Origin: Candidatus Woesearchaeota archaeon
Lineage (GTDB): Archaea > Nanobdellota > Nanobdellia > Woesearchaeales > UBA525
NCBI GenBank assembly: GCA_018221245.1
Contig: JAAOYH010000027.1
Coordinates: forward strand, 1 to 39,005
Direction of reading: 5' to 3'
Length of the DNA: 39,005 nt
Shown here: one piece after another, positions 1-8,658 of the stretch
Numbering within the stretch: position 1 is the stretch's first letter
Layout: each line of letters opens with the position of its first letter
Program-made: the position numbers and the translations under genes
The notes under the pieces: generated by a model
What the model saw: the letters and a program-made list of their open reading frames with translations, nothing else
What the model was told of the DNA's origin: nothing
Databases searched by the model: none

Positions 1-111
1 CCTAAGTTTATCGTTGAAGGCAAGGGCGATGTGAAGAAATCCCTCCCTGAGGCCGCAAAAAGGCTCCAGAAAAGGAACAAGGAGTTCCTGACCGCTCTCA
101 ACAAGCTGTAG
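1..111 (+). CDS. 3' end of an unidentified protein-coding gene (partial; continues upstream of the window)
   Basis: Frame 1 is open from base 1 to TAG at 109-111 (PKFIVEGKGDVKKSLPEAAKRLQKRNKEFLTALNKL*). No family recognised. Confidence 0.35.
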   Translation, partial: PKFIVEGKGDVKKSLPEAAKRLQKRNKEFLTALNKL

Positions 112-142
112 TATTTTATAGCTGTTATTCTGTACCTTTAGA

Positions 143-721
143 ATGCTTACTACCAAAGAGATGATTAAGATGGAGGAGAGCGCTGTCGAGCAAGGAATCT
201 CCAGGCTCCATCTAATGGAACGCGCAGGCAAGGGTCTCGCCGAACACATAAGAACTAGAGTGCCTAAAGGAAAGAAGATCCTGTTCTTGACACTACATGG
301 AAACAATGGAGGTGACGGTTTCGTCGCGGCCAGAGAGCTACAGGACGAGTACCACGTAGACATCTGGTTCTTAGGGAGCAAGAAGAAGCTCAGGGAAGGG
401 GCAAAACATAATCACAAGAAACTGCATCCCAGACTATTCGTAGACACTGCTAATCTTGAGAAATACGACTGTCTCGTGGACGCACTGCTAGGTACTGGTG
501 CCGAAGGCGGACTGAAAGAGCCATTGAAAAGCCTCTCAAAAAAATGGAACGAGACTCCTGCATTCAAAGTTGCAGTGGACATCCCTACAGGACTTCATCC
601 TGACACCGGAGAGCACGAAGACCTGTTCTGGCCGGACCTGATAGTTACTTTCCACGACCTAAAAACTGGCTTGAAAGACTGGCAGGACAAGACTGTCGTA
701 GTAGACATAGGCATACCATGA
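143..721 (+). CDS. nnrE: NAD(P)H-hydrate epimerase (YjeF N-terminal domain type)
   Basis: 192-aa ORF with LMERAG...HGNNGGDGFVAAREL and DALLGTG motifs typical of the YjeF_N domain. Its stop overlaps the next start (ATGA at 718-721). Confidence 0.8.
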   Translation: MLTTKEMIKMEESAVEQGISRLHLMERAGKGLAEHIRTRVPKGKKILFLTLHGNNGGDGFVAARELQDEYHVDIWFLGSKKKLREGAKHNHKKLHPRLFVDTANLEKYDCLVDALLGTGAEGGLKEPLKSLSKKWNETPAFKVAVDIPTGLHPDTGEHEDLFWPDLIVTFHDLKTGLKDWQDKTVVVDIGIP

Positions 722-1512
722 GAACCTTAACGAAAAAAGACTTAGTCATCCCTTCAAGGGATCCCAAGAGTCACAAGAGAGAGAACGGAGTGGTACTAAT
801 CATAGGAGGCTCCGAAGAGTTCGTGGGGGCACCCGCTCTCGCAGGGATAGCCGCCCTCAGGTCAGGCGCAGACCTTGCAATCGTTGCCGCCCCAGAAAAA
901 GTTGCCTGGGCTGTGAACACCATCTATCCTGATCTTATCACTAAGAAATTTCCTGGCAAACACCTCTCCATGAAACACTACAAGGAATTGAAACTACTGA
1001 TGGAGAGCGCAGACGTCACGCTCCTAGGAAATGGTCTCGGAAGGCATCCCAGCACAAAACGGCTCGTACGAAAACTGTCGCAGCTCGCATGGGACAAGGT
1101 AATAGATGCTGATGCTTTGAGCATGGTCCAAGCCCATGAACTAAAGAACTCAATTCTCACACCTCACAAGAGAGAGTACGAAGAATTCCTAAGGAACTCC
1201 AAAATAAAAAAAGTTCCTGCCCTTTTCCTGAAGAGAAAGAATGTCGTGGTTCTCAAGGGAAAGGAAGACTTGATAGTGGGTGCGAAAGAGGCTGTAAAAA
1301 ACACCACGGGAAATTCAGGCCTCACAAAAGGCGGGACTGGCGACGTGCTCGCTGGCCTAGCAGCAGGATACTACGCCCAGCTTCATGACGGCTGGCAGGC
1401 TGCTCTGAACGCCACGTACATAACTGGCCAGATAGGAGACATACTGCTCAAGAAAAAGAAGGGTTATACTTATCTCGCAAGTGATCTTGTTGAAGAGATA
1501 AAGAAATTCTAG
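718..1512 (+). CDS. nnrD: ADP/ATP-dependent NAD(P)H-hydrate dehydratase (YjeF C-terminal, carbohydrate-kinase-like)
   Basis: 264-aa ORF with KRENGVVLIIGGSEEFVGAPALAG and GLTKGGTGDVLAGLAAG motifs characteristic of the YjeF_C domain. Confidence 0.85.
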   Translation: MRTLTKKDLVIPSRDPKSHKRENGVVLIIGGSEEFVGAPALAGIAALRSGADLAIVAAPEKVAWAVNTIYPDLITKKFPGKHLSMKHYKELKLLMESADVTLLGNGLGRHPSTKRLVRKLSQLAWDKVIDADALSMVQAHELKNSILTPHKREYEEFLRNSKIKKVPALFLKRKNVVVLKGKEDLIVGAKEAVKNTTGNSGLTKGGTGDVLAGLAAGYYAQLHDGWQAALNATYITGQIGDILLKKKKGYTYLASDLVEEIKKF

Positions 1513-1515
1513 AAC

Positions 1516-2178
1516 TTATTCGTAGAACTTGTTCGCAAAGTCTACAGTGCCACTGCCTGAAATAATCTTTCTATCGGTAAGTTTCATGTTGTCGTATTCA
1601 ACAACAAACCCTCTATCTAGACACTGATCCATATGTCTGTGCTCCTCCATAATATACTGCTTGATTTCAAATGAACTTCTACCATGATTTGATCCTCCAT
1701 TATCATCAGCAACCTTCAGAAATTTTCCTTCTATCTTTACAAGAGGATAGTTTGAAGATTTCATATTGTATGCATCCTCACCAATCTTTGATGCAATCTC
1801 TCTGAAGACCTTTGTAGCACAGCTCCCAGCAACCATGGCCTTCACTTCATCGTATGAATGGTGTCTCCATTGGTTTGCAGATCTATCTAACATGGTGTGT
1901 GTAATTGCGTCTACGATGCGATCATTAAGTAAATTCCTAACAGTTCCATCGATGAATCCTATATCATTGTAACAAACATTAACTTTTTCTTTCAAGAGCT
2001 CATCTGGAAGCCCAGAAATGTAGGATAAAATATCCTCATCCTTAGGTTCGTTAGCCAACACAGCTGTTTTTCCTTGATGATAAAACCTGCGAGTGTTCTC
2101 GTGCATAAGTTCATCCACTGGCACGTATAATGAGAGAAAACTCATCGGGCCAAATCTCACGACATCAACACTTCTCAT
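1516..2178 (-). CDS. hypothetical protein
   Basis: Long ORF. I prefer ATG at 2178 over the TTG at 2199, because a TATA-like TTTTTTATATT lies about 25 nt upstream on the minus strand. No family recognised. Confidence 0.55.
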   Translation of the reverse strand: MRSVDVVRFGPMSFLSLYVPVDELMHENTRRFYHQGKTAVLANEPKDEDILSYISGLPDELLKEKVNVCYNDIGFIDGTVRNLLNDRIVDAITHTMLDRSANQWRHHSYDEVKAMVAGSCATKVFREIASKIGEDAYNMKSSNYPLVKIEGKFLKVADDNGGSNHGRSSFEIKQYIMEEHRHMDQCLDRGFVVEYDNMKLTDRKIISGSGTVDFANKFYE

Positions 2179-2208
2179 GATAACAGGATTCCAGAACAAT
2201 ATAAAAAA

Positions 2209-2685
2209 CTAGTAGTCATCATCCAGCTCTAACGTTGCTGCGGCACGCTTGAGCTTATGACCTTCCTCTCTGAGCTGGAAGAGATCCACAAAATTCTCCA
2301 GCAGGTTCGGTTGAATCTTCAGGATATCTTTAGCAGTAACGAACCCTAATGTTCTTCCACCATCCATCACAGGAAGATGTCTGATTTCCGCATCCTTCAT
2401 TATATTTAGCGCATCAAAAAGATCCATTCCAGGACCTACAGTTATGAGATCACGGCTCATGATGCTACTCACTGGCGTCGCGCGGGAGTTATATCCTCCA
2501 AGACATGCCCGGGTGACAAAATCTCTCTCAGTCACAAGACCAAGGAGATTCCCGTGAGAGATGATCAGGACTGAGCCCACGTTGTGCTTGTCCATAAGAA
2601 GTGCGACATCATGGATGCTCATGCGCGGCGAAGCAGCGATCGGATTGACTGTCATAGCCTCTACCACCTCACACCCTGATTTCAC
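2209..2685 (-). CDS. CBS domain pair protein
   Basis: Two CBS-like repeats (MTVNPIAASPRMSIHDVALLM...GLVTERD and IMSRDLITVGPGMDLFDALNIM...GFVTAKDILK). GTG start at 2685, with TATA CCCTATAAAAACC upstream. Confidence 0.8.
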   Translation of the reverse strand: MKSGCEVVEAMTVNPIAASPRMSIHDVALLMDKHNVGSVLIISHGNLLGLVTERDFVTRACLGGYNSRATPVSSIMSRDLITVGPGMDLFDALNIMKDAEIRHLPVMDGGRTLGFVTAKDILKIQPNLLENFVDLFQLREEGHKLKRAAATLELDDDY

Positions 2686-2757
2686 TGTCTCATCACCAAA
2701 ATAGCGGAACTCCAGTCCCTATAAAAACCTTGTCACAACACTGTCCGGTGAGAACAT

Positions 2758-4557
2758 TTAGTTTAGGAGAATCTCGACGTCCCCACCGAAGATCTCATGT
2801 AGGCTAGAAACAAGCTGCTGGGTGACCGCAATCTTTTGCGGAACCCTATCCTTTGCCAATGCGTGTTCGAACTTCTCAAGCGAAGAGTCTTGGAGCTTCT
2901 CAAGAGCTCCATCTTTGGAAATCTTTGCAGTCAGTATCTCTGGATTCTCCTGGCTGATATCTCTAGTGATGAAAGCATCCTTGCCCAAGAAGAGTACCTC
3001 GCCCACCTTCTCTCCGCGCTTGATTCTCAATTTGACGCGCTCCAACTCTTTGCTGCGGACACGCTGAACGTGCTCGACCAGGAACTTCAAGAGTTCGCGG
3101 CTGTTCTTCTGGACTTCCGCCACTTCTGCTTTCGTGAGCTTCCCCTGATCGTAGTCCTTCTTGGCTTTGTGAACCTCTTTTAGGATTCTCAAGTATCGTT
3201 CAGGGATTACTCCCTTGTGCACAACTTCTTTCTCGAAATATTCAACCGTCTTCGCGTCAGATACCTTCTCTACACCTTCTATCTTTAGTACGTCTCTGAT
3301 TACCGTGACGACTGCTTCGTAGATGTGCTGGATGCTCTCCTCCTCTTTTCTGGTATCTATCTTATTGTAGAGTTCTGATAGCGCCTTGAGGAATAATTCT
3401 GCTTTTTCAAGTAGTTCCTGTACTTGTGTTCCGGTTATGTTCTTGATTTTTCCGTACTCTACATCCTTGTGAATCTTGATTACTTTCTCCAGGAACTTTA
3501 TGTGTTCTTCTTTGAACACTTTCTCCTTCTTGACAAAAAGGTCACGCATGACACTAGGAATCTCTCTGGGTACAGGAGGAGGATGGCCATAAAGCATTAT
3601 CGCTGCCTGGCTAGGTGTTATGGTTGCGTACCATATGTCTTCTACTGCTATATCTTTTAGCTTGAACCTTATCCTGTCAAGCATTTGGTCTCCTGTTGAC
3701 TTGTAGAGTTCTATCGCTTCGTGAGATGGTCTGATTTTTCCCATCTTGAGGAGCTGCTTCCAAGGCATGAAAACTCCCCTATCATAGAAGGGAACACCAT
3801 CCCTTAGGAATGTGAAAATTATAGGATTAGCTTCCTTCATGTTATCCCAGAAATCTGTCAAGATGTAAACCTGGATGCTGAGCTTGTTCTGAATACCAGT
3901 CATCTGACCTGCCTGGATAGTCATATCATTGATGATAGCACGAAGCTTATCCTTGAGCTCTACGCGAGACATCTTCTTAACGTCAGTATCATCAATAACT
4001 ACGAAGACATCGATGTCAGAGTCGGGGGTCGCCTTGCCCCGTACTATCGATCCTGCAAGGACATAGCAGGCGATGTACTTCTCGAACTTCTTCAGGATCA
4101 TATTCTTGTGGATCTCTGCAATCTTGATAGCCCCAAGCATACCCGAATCATACACAGGGGCAGAGACTGTCACTAGCTGCAGGAGCTCGTACTTCCCATC
4201 GTAGCAGGACTGCCAGAACTCTGAGATGAGTAAGACATCCACAGCGATATTCTTGTCCACATCAGCGGCTATCGCTTCGATGGCCTTAGTCATCTTCTCA
4301 TGGAGCTCATCCTTAGACATCTTGGTGGATTCCATGTCATCTATGAGCACGAGAACGTTCACCTTGTCCTTTCTCTCACCCTCTTTTTCAGGAGGAGCAA
4401 GTGCTATGCCCATGATGTAGCCTTCAAACCTGGCCAGAACCTTGTCCTTGAAAGAGTCTAGAGTCTTCTTCATAGAATCAAGTTTCTCTTTAGCCATTGC
4501 TGGCATTGGCACGTCAGGTAGAGACTCCTCGAGTCCAGACTCTTTCTTATCAGCCAT
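2758..4557 (-). CDS. nucleotidyltransferase-domain protein: one degenerate and one intact pol-beta-type NTase domain, plus a helical C-terminal region
   Basis: 599-aa ORF. Intact MNT-like motif GSIVRGKATPDSDIDVFVVIDD. The upstream half has a weaker copy (VNVLVLIDDMES). The C-terminal region contains an R-x5-H element (RILKEVH) reminiscent of HEPN. TATA GCTTATAAAGG lies about 25 nt upstream of the ATG. Confidence 0.7.
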   Translation of the reverse strand: MADKKESGLEESLPDVPMPAMAKEKLDSMKKTLDSFKDKVLARFEGYIMGIALAPPEKEGERKDKVNVLVLIDDMESTKMSKDELHEKMTKAIEAIAADVDKNIAVDVLLISEFWQSCYDGKYELLQLVTVSAPVYDSGMLGAIKIAEIHKNMILKKFEKYIACYVLAGSIVRGKATPDSDIDVFVVIDDTDVKKMSRVELKDKLRAIINDMTIQAGQMTGIQNKLSIQVYILTDFWDNMKEANPIIFTFLRDGVPFYDRGVFMPWKQLLKMGKIRPSHEAIELYKSTGDQMLDRIRFKLKDIAVEDIWYATITPSQAAIMLYGHPPPVPREIPSVMRDLFVKKEKVFKEEHIKFLEKVIKIHKDVEYGKIKNITGTQVQELLEKAELFLKALSELYNKIDTRKEEESIQHIYEAVVTVIRDVLKIEGVEKVSDAKTVEYFEKEVVHKGVIPERYLRILKEVHKAKKDYDQGKLTKAEVAEVQKNSRELLKFLVEHVQRVRSKELERVKLRIKRGEKVGEVLFLGKDAFITRDISQENPEILTAKISKDGALEKLQDSSLEKFEHALAKDRVPQKIAVTQQLVSSLHEIFGGDVEILLN

Positions 4558-4597
4558 TAATAAAGCGAAGACTTAGGCCGCTTATAAAGGTTTGGCC

Positions 4598-5410
4598 TTA
4601 CTTTTTCTTTATCTTTTTCAGGTGTTTGGCTTTCTTATCGAGTTCTCCATTATACTCCGGATTAAGAAGCTGAGGCAATGAATATTGAATAGCCGCACCA
4701 ACATGCTGAGGAGCATTCTTGACTTTAAGGTCATGGCCTGCTTCAGCAAACTTAGTGTTCATGTATCCTTGAACTCTCGTGTTATCTTTTTCACCCAACT
4801 GAGAACGTTTAATCATCTCCCCAATGTTCTCTTCCATAGATTTCCTTTTCTCATCTGTATTTGTTATGTAAGAATCGAACAATTTCTGTAGGTTTTCATC
4901 TCTATCAAACGCCAAAGGAAGGTTCTTTACGTTGGTAAGATAGTCAACAATGGAATCAAAATTCTTCAATCTCCCAGAAGCCATCTTGCTCTCTATGTGC
5001 TCCTTGAGCTCTCTATGGAACTGGTTCTTGTTTGAGTAATGTGATTCTAAATCCTTCACTGAAGTGCCCCTCTCTCTTGCCATCATGGCTGTGCCAATCC
5101 TATAGAGTAAATCACTAGCTGCCTTCTTCTTCTCCGCATCCGATGCCTTAACCCCTTTTATCCTCAGATCCTTGAAGTTAATGTTCTCATAATCTTCAGA
5201 ATCATGACCCTTAAGATGAGATCTTACCAAGCCACGCATGTTATCCAATTGATCCACATAGTCTTTCTCTATGCTCGTCTGGTAATCAGTAGAGTGAACA
5301 TGCTCAACGTTCTTGATTATCTTGTCAATTGAAGCGTGATCAATAGGATGAAGCTTATATCCATTGACATGTTCATCTTTCAGTTCTTTGGAGTCTTTCT
5401 TGTGGGCCAT
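4598..5410 (-). CDS. hypothetical protein (Lys/Glu-rich)
   Basis: 270-aa ORF with ATG start. No recognisable motifs. Confidence 0.5.
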   Translation of the reverse strand: MAHKKDSKELKDEHVNGYKLHPIDHASIDKIIKNVEHVHSTDYQTSIEKDYVDQLDNMRGLVRSHLKGHDSEDYENINFKDLRIKGVKASDAEKKKAASDLLYRIGTAMMARERGTSVKDLESHYSNKNQFHRELKEHIESKMASGRLKNFDSIVDYLTNVKNLPLAFDRDENLQKLFDSYITNTDEKRKSMEENIGEMIKRSQLGEKDNTRVQGYMNTKFAEAGHDLKVKNAPQHVGAAIQYSLPQLLNPEYNGELDKKAKHLKKIKKK

Positions 5411-5482
5411 AGGTCAATTCCGAATTTAAAGGGATATAAACGTTTCGGAAGATTTATCAGTAGAAGGTGCCTGTGCTGCCTC

Positions 5483-5911
5483 ATGGCATTGGAAATACCT
5501 GACAGCATGGGCGAGTGCGTCTACTTCACAAGAAGGAAGTTTACAGCAGATAAAGGCAAAGCTATAGCGTGGGTGCGACACATCCCCTGCGAGGAGTGCG
5601 GAAAAGGCATGATGGAGAAGCCCAGAGATAAGAAGACTGGAAACTACAAGGTCCGCGCGAGCGAATATACCTGCACTAAGTGCGGATATACGGAAGAAAA
5701 GAAAGAACACGAGAATAAACTAACTGCTGAGATAATCTACCAGTGCCCATTCTGCATGCACGATGGTGAAGTAGTTGTCCCCTATGCTAGAAAGAGTTTC
5801 TACGGCAAGAAAGCCATACTCTTCGCCTGCGACTCCTGTGGAGAGAAGCTCGGCATAACTAAGAAAATGGGCGTACCTGAGAAGTTCACGGAGAAGCTTG
5901 CAAGTATCTAG
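5483..5911 (+). CDS. double zinc-ribbon protein
   Basis: Two CxxC...CxxC pairs (CEEC...CTKC and CPFC...CDSC). I chose the ATG at 5483. The longer ORF from 5336 overlaps the upstream gene on the other strand and encodes a low-complexity hydrophobic stretch. Confidence 0.55.
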   Translation: MALEIPDSMGECVYFTRRKFTADKGKAIAWVRHIPCEECGKGMMEKPRDKKTGNYKVRASEYTCTKCGYTEEKKEHENKLTAEIIYQCPFCMHDGEVVVPYARKSFYGKKAILFACDSCGEKLGITKKMGVPEKFTEKLASI

Positions 5912-6117
5912 AAGTACCCTACATCTATCACGCCAGGAGTATCGAAAAGCTCTTGGGTGAATTTGAAGATTTCGACATACCTGTCATATTCTATGTGCCC
6001 TATTATTGTGCCTCCAAACCTAAATTGGATATCCATTTCTTTCTTTTCTAGGAGCGACTCAAGACCCTTATCACTAGCGTAGACATCATAAGTTATCTGG
6101 TATCCTTTTTGTTGCAT
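5908..6117 (-). CDS. hypothetical small protein
   Basis: 69-aa ORF. Its stop overlaps the stop of the convergent gene (CTAG at 5908-5911). Confidence 0.4.
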   Translation of the reverse strand: MQQKGYQITYDVYASDKGLESLLEKKEMDIQFRFGGTIIGHIEYDRYVEIFKFTQELFDTPGVIDVGYF

Positions 6118-6153
6118 AGGACCTCCCCTGTGAAAGAAGTCCTGTGAGAAAAA

Positions 6154-6915
6154 TCACCACATGTTCTCTAACACTACTGTCCTGTCTCCAGGGTTGAGCT
6201 TTAGGGGGTGGCCCTTCTTACTCTCGAACCACGTGCCAGCATACGAGCTGCCCTGCCTTACAAGAGATATCTTAGATTCTGTAGATCTACCAGAAATCAT
6301 AATGTATTCTCCTGACGGGACAAAAGAGATACCGTACTGTACGTTTTTGTACTCGAAAGAGCCGTCGTAAGAGACGACATCAGATAATTTCAGTTCGGGA
6401 ACTAGCGCGCTCGTCCCGGGCTCAGAGTACAGCAGCCTCCCAGTCATCGCGAAGACATCTATCCTCCTATTTTTTCCTGCAAACTCGAAGGTAGCGGTCA
6501 GGCCACTGCCATCATTTCTTGGTGAAAGCGCAACAGTTGTCTCCAAGTTTCCAGATGATACTCTCGCAGTTCTGGCATCCTCATCAACAATGAATATTAG
6601 GATTTCATCATATTGGTGCATGCTCGCACGTAGGCGTGTTTTGTGCACGAGGGGAATTTCTCTCTGACCGTAAAAACTGGCGCTTCCGGATCCAACCACG
6701 TTACCCGTAATTGCATCGGAACTTCTGACAGTGACTGTGCTCTCTGGGAAAAGTCCTGCCACTTGGGTTCTCAATGATACAGCAACTATTGCCACGATTA
6801 GAACCATTGCGACAATCCCGAAGAAAGGTATCTTTGTTCTGCTGTCCAGGAAGCTATCGCGAGCCATAGGTTCCCCCCGGTCATCCTTGTTTTTAAACCT
6901 TTCTCGAGAGCACAT
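6154..6915 (-). CDS. hypothetical membrane-anchored or exported protein
   Basis: The N-terminal region has a single hydrophobic helix (IPFFGIVAMVLIVAIVAVSL). A TATA (TATATATAAAGG on the minus strand) lies about 25 nt upstream of the ATG at 6915. Confidence 0.55.
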   Translation of the reverse strand: MCSRERFKNKDDRGEPMARDSFLDSRTKIPFFGIVAMVLIVAIVAVSLRTQVAGLFPESTVTVRSSDAITGNVVGSGSASFYGQREIPLVHKTRLRASMHQYDEILIFIVDEDARTARVSSGNLETTVALSPRNDGSGLTATFEFAGKNRRIDVFAMTGRLLYSEPGTSALVPELKLSDVVSYDGSFEYKNVQYGISFVPSGEYIMISGRSTESKISLVRQGSSYAGTWFESKKGHPLKLNPGDRTVVLENMW

Positions 6916-7016
6916 AGATTTTCATTATCACAACCTTTATATATAACATATACAAATATACAATTTAGTATATTGGTTGGGTTTCCAGCATTATACTAAC
7001 ACACCACAGAGCATTG

Positions 7017-7124
7017 GAGGTCGCGCGGAAAATACCCGCAAGTCAATCCCCCCGACTTGCGTCGGCAGACGGCACAGTGCGACAGAAACAGAATCCCTGT
7101 CGTCCCCGAGCGCACCCTTTTTTT
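7017..7124 (+). ncRNA. candidate structured small RNA of unknown class
   Basis: GC-rich block in a 396-nt AT-rich intergenic region, with TATA-like elements upstream (6934-6998). Closing helix 7019-7026/7110-7116. Hairpin CGCAAGTC/GACTTGCG (7037-7044/7054-7061). Hairpin CGACAG/CTGTCG (7080-7085/7097-7102). Ends in a T7 run (7118-7124). Strand and ends are approximate. Confidence 0.3.
7118..7124 (+). terminator. oligo-T tract (archaeal-type terminator) after the candidate ncRNA
   Basis: Seven consecutive T immediately after the closing helix. Confidence 0.3.
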
Positions 7125-7311
7125 CAAAACCTTTTAGCGTTAGCAATTTGCTGAACAACATCCTTAAATAGAAGTTCGAACGGTCTAGTGTTGGTGGGTG
7201 GAAACGGGTCGGTTGGGATCTGAATTGCTCTTAACTACAACCCAAAGCCATATAAAGAAACCTCGGTTTTCCATCAACATCATCACAACATAACTGTTGG
7301 AGTGATTACAC

Positions 7312-7587
7312 GTGGCTGCAAAAAACAAAAAAATCTTTGGTGTTTTCTTTCGCGAGAAACCGGCCATGATGCTCGTGACTTTGCTCAATTCTCAGACGGA
7401 GCAGTATGCATCTTCACTAGCTAAAATTGTGGACTGCACCTATAGCCACATCGTAAAGATTCTGAACGAGATGCACAAGGCAGACCTAATAACATTCCAG
7501 AAAGAGGGACGCCTCAAGGTTCTGAAGCTGACCAAAAAAGGCGAAGAAGTCGCGAAGAACATTGACAGAATCAGAGCTACACTCTGA
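7312..7587 (+). CDS. winged helix-turn-helix transcriptional regulator (MarR/ArsR-like)
   Basis: 91-aa ORF with the pattern YASSLAKIVDCTYSHIVKILNEMHKADLITFQKEGRLKVLKLTKKG (HTH plus wing). GTG start. TATA CCATATAAAG at about 7248-7257. Confidence 0.6.
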   Translation: MAAKNKKIFGVFFREKPAMMLVTLLNSQTEQYASSLAKIVDCTYSHIVKILNEMHKADLITFQKEGRLKVLKLTKKGEEVAKNIDRIRATL

Positions 7588-8581
7588 ACTTCTTAGGCAC
7601 TCTTATTCTCATATTTAGATCTAATTCGTTCATCGCGTGTGCCATATCCGAAGGAGAAAGACCACTTCCTGTAATCCTAGGAGAACCAATACAATTAAGG
7701 TTACCACCCCACTGATTTTTCCCTTTCTCAATCAGATCCTCCTCCAAACCGTTGAAATGATCTTTAAGGCCACCAAGGCTTGCATTTCTTCTAGGCGCCA
7801 CCATAGTGTAGTCAAATTTTCCTGTGGCCCTTTCCTCTTTCAAAAGTATGTATAGCTCAACTCCCTGCCCCCCGTGCATAACGGGACGCTTGTCATGCCA
7901 CATCTTCCGTCTAGCATCGGGACCCGTCTCTCTAGCAATACGCCAATTACCTCCTCTGTGGAGGACCTCATAGTCTCCCCAAGGGTCCTTTATTCTGCCT
8001 TCACCCCTATAGTACTTGACGAACCTTTTGTCAACCTCCTCGAACAGAGCAACATTATCCTCTGGAGAAAAATTGCTGAACCCTTGTTTGAATCTTGCTT
8101 GATATAATGGATCAAATAGCCACATAAAGCGAGCCCACATATTCTCCTCAATGTCAAAGAAAGCCAAGGATCTATCTATAGAACCTTCAACGTTGACTTG
8201 CTCCCTTATCCTTCTCAAGAACTCAAGGTTAGAGAATATTTCTTTCTTATGCCTCAAAACACTCACACTTGTTGCAAAATCAGCATCCATATGATTTCCT
8301 AGAACGTTTAGATCAAGCTCTCCTCCAGGTTCGAATTTGTCCTCTTCGGGTCCTCTGTCTTTTACCCATTCGTAAATCTGTTCACAAGTAGTAAGCTGGG
8401 AAAACCTATTTCCTATGTGGTGATCTGCAATCAAGTAAGGCTTATCCCTAAACGTTATGACTTCAATACCCTCTGCTTGTACAACCCCATCGAGAGCAGC
8501 CGTATATCCAGGGTTATTTAGAACAAAATCCCAATTTGTTTCATACGTGTTCTCGGGATCAATGTCTATTGTTACAGCCAT
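7577..8581 (-). CDS. hypothetical protein
   Basis: 334-aa ORF with ATG start and TATA-like CCGTTTTAAAC upstream. Contains ADHH and NHMDADFATS strings, but no confident family. Confidence 0.6.
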   Translation of the reverse strand: MAVTIDIDPENTYETNWDFVLNNPGYTAALDGVVQAEGIEVITFRDKPYLIADHHIGNRFSQLTTCEQIYEWVKDRGPEEDKFEPGGELDLNVLGNHMDADFATSVSVLRHKKEIFSNLEFLRRIREQVNVEGSIDRSLAFFDIEENMWARFMWLFDPLYQARFKQGFSNFSPEDNVALFEEVDKRFVKYYRGEGRIKDPWGDYEVLHRGGNWRIARETGPDARRKMWHDKRPVMHGGQGVELYILLKEERATGKFDYTMVAPRRNASLGGLKDHFNGLEEDLIEKGKNQWGGNLNCIGSPRITGSGLSPSDMAHAMNELDLNMRIRVPKKFRV

Positions 8582-8658
8582 ACTGAAACGAGCAAGGTTC
8601 CCGTTTTAAACTCTTCTTTTCTCTTTAAATACTAGCTAGAAATGTAAGAAAAAAACAA

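Noticed and set aside
7017-7124. Identification of the candidate ncRNA as 5S rRNA, SRP RNA, RNase P RNA or a split tRNA half
   Set aside because: It lacks the T-loop GTTCGAATC, the GNRA-capped SRP helix 8 motifs, the RNase P GAGGAAAGUCC/ACAGAA..GGCUUA pair, and 5S loop C/E consensus with the correct pairing. Only a loose 8-of-11 match to a 5S element is present. It is kept as an RNA of unknown class.
6977-7171. 64-aa ORF in the large intergenic region
   Set aside because: It starts with a non-ATG codon, has no promoter-to-start logic, gives a low-complexity product, and coincides with a GC-rich block that folds into helices and ends in T7. It is better explained as RNA.
7185-7388. 67-aa minus-strand ORF and a GTGATGA (C-box-like) string on the minus strand at about 7277-7285
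   Set aside because: The ORF overlaps the promoter and 5' end of the wHTH gene. No matching D box (CTGA) or C'/D' elements lie at the proper spacing, so it is not a C/D box sRNA.
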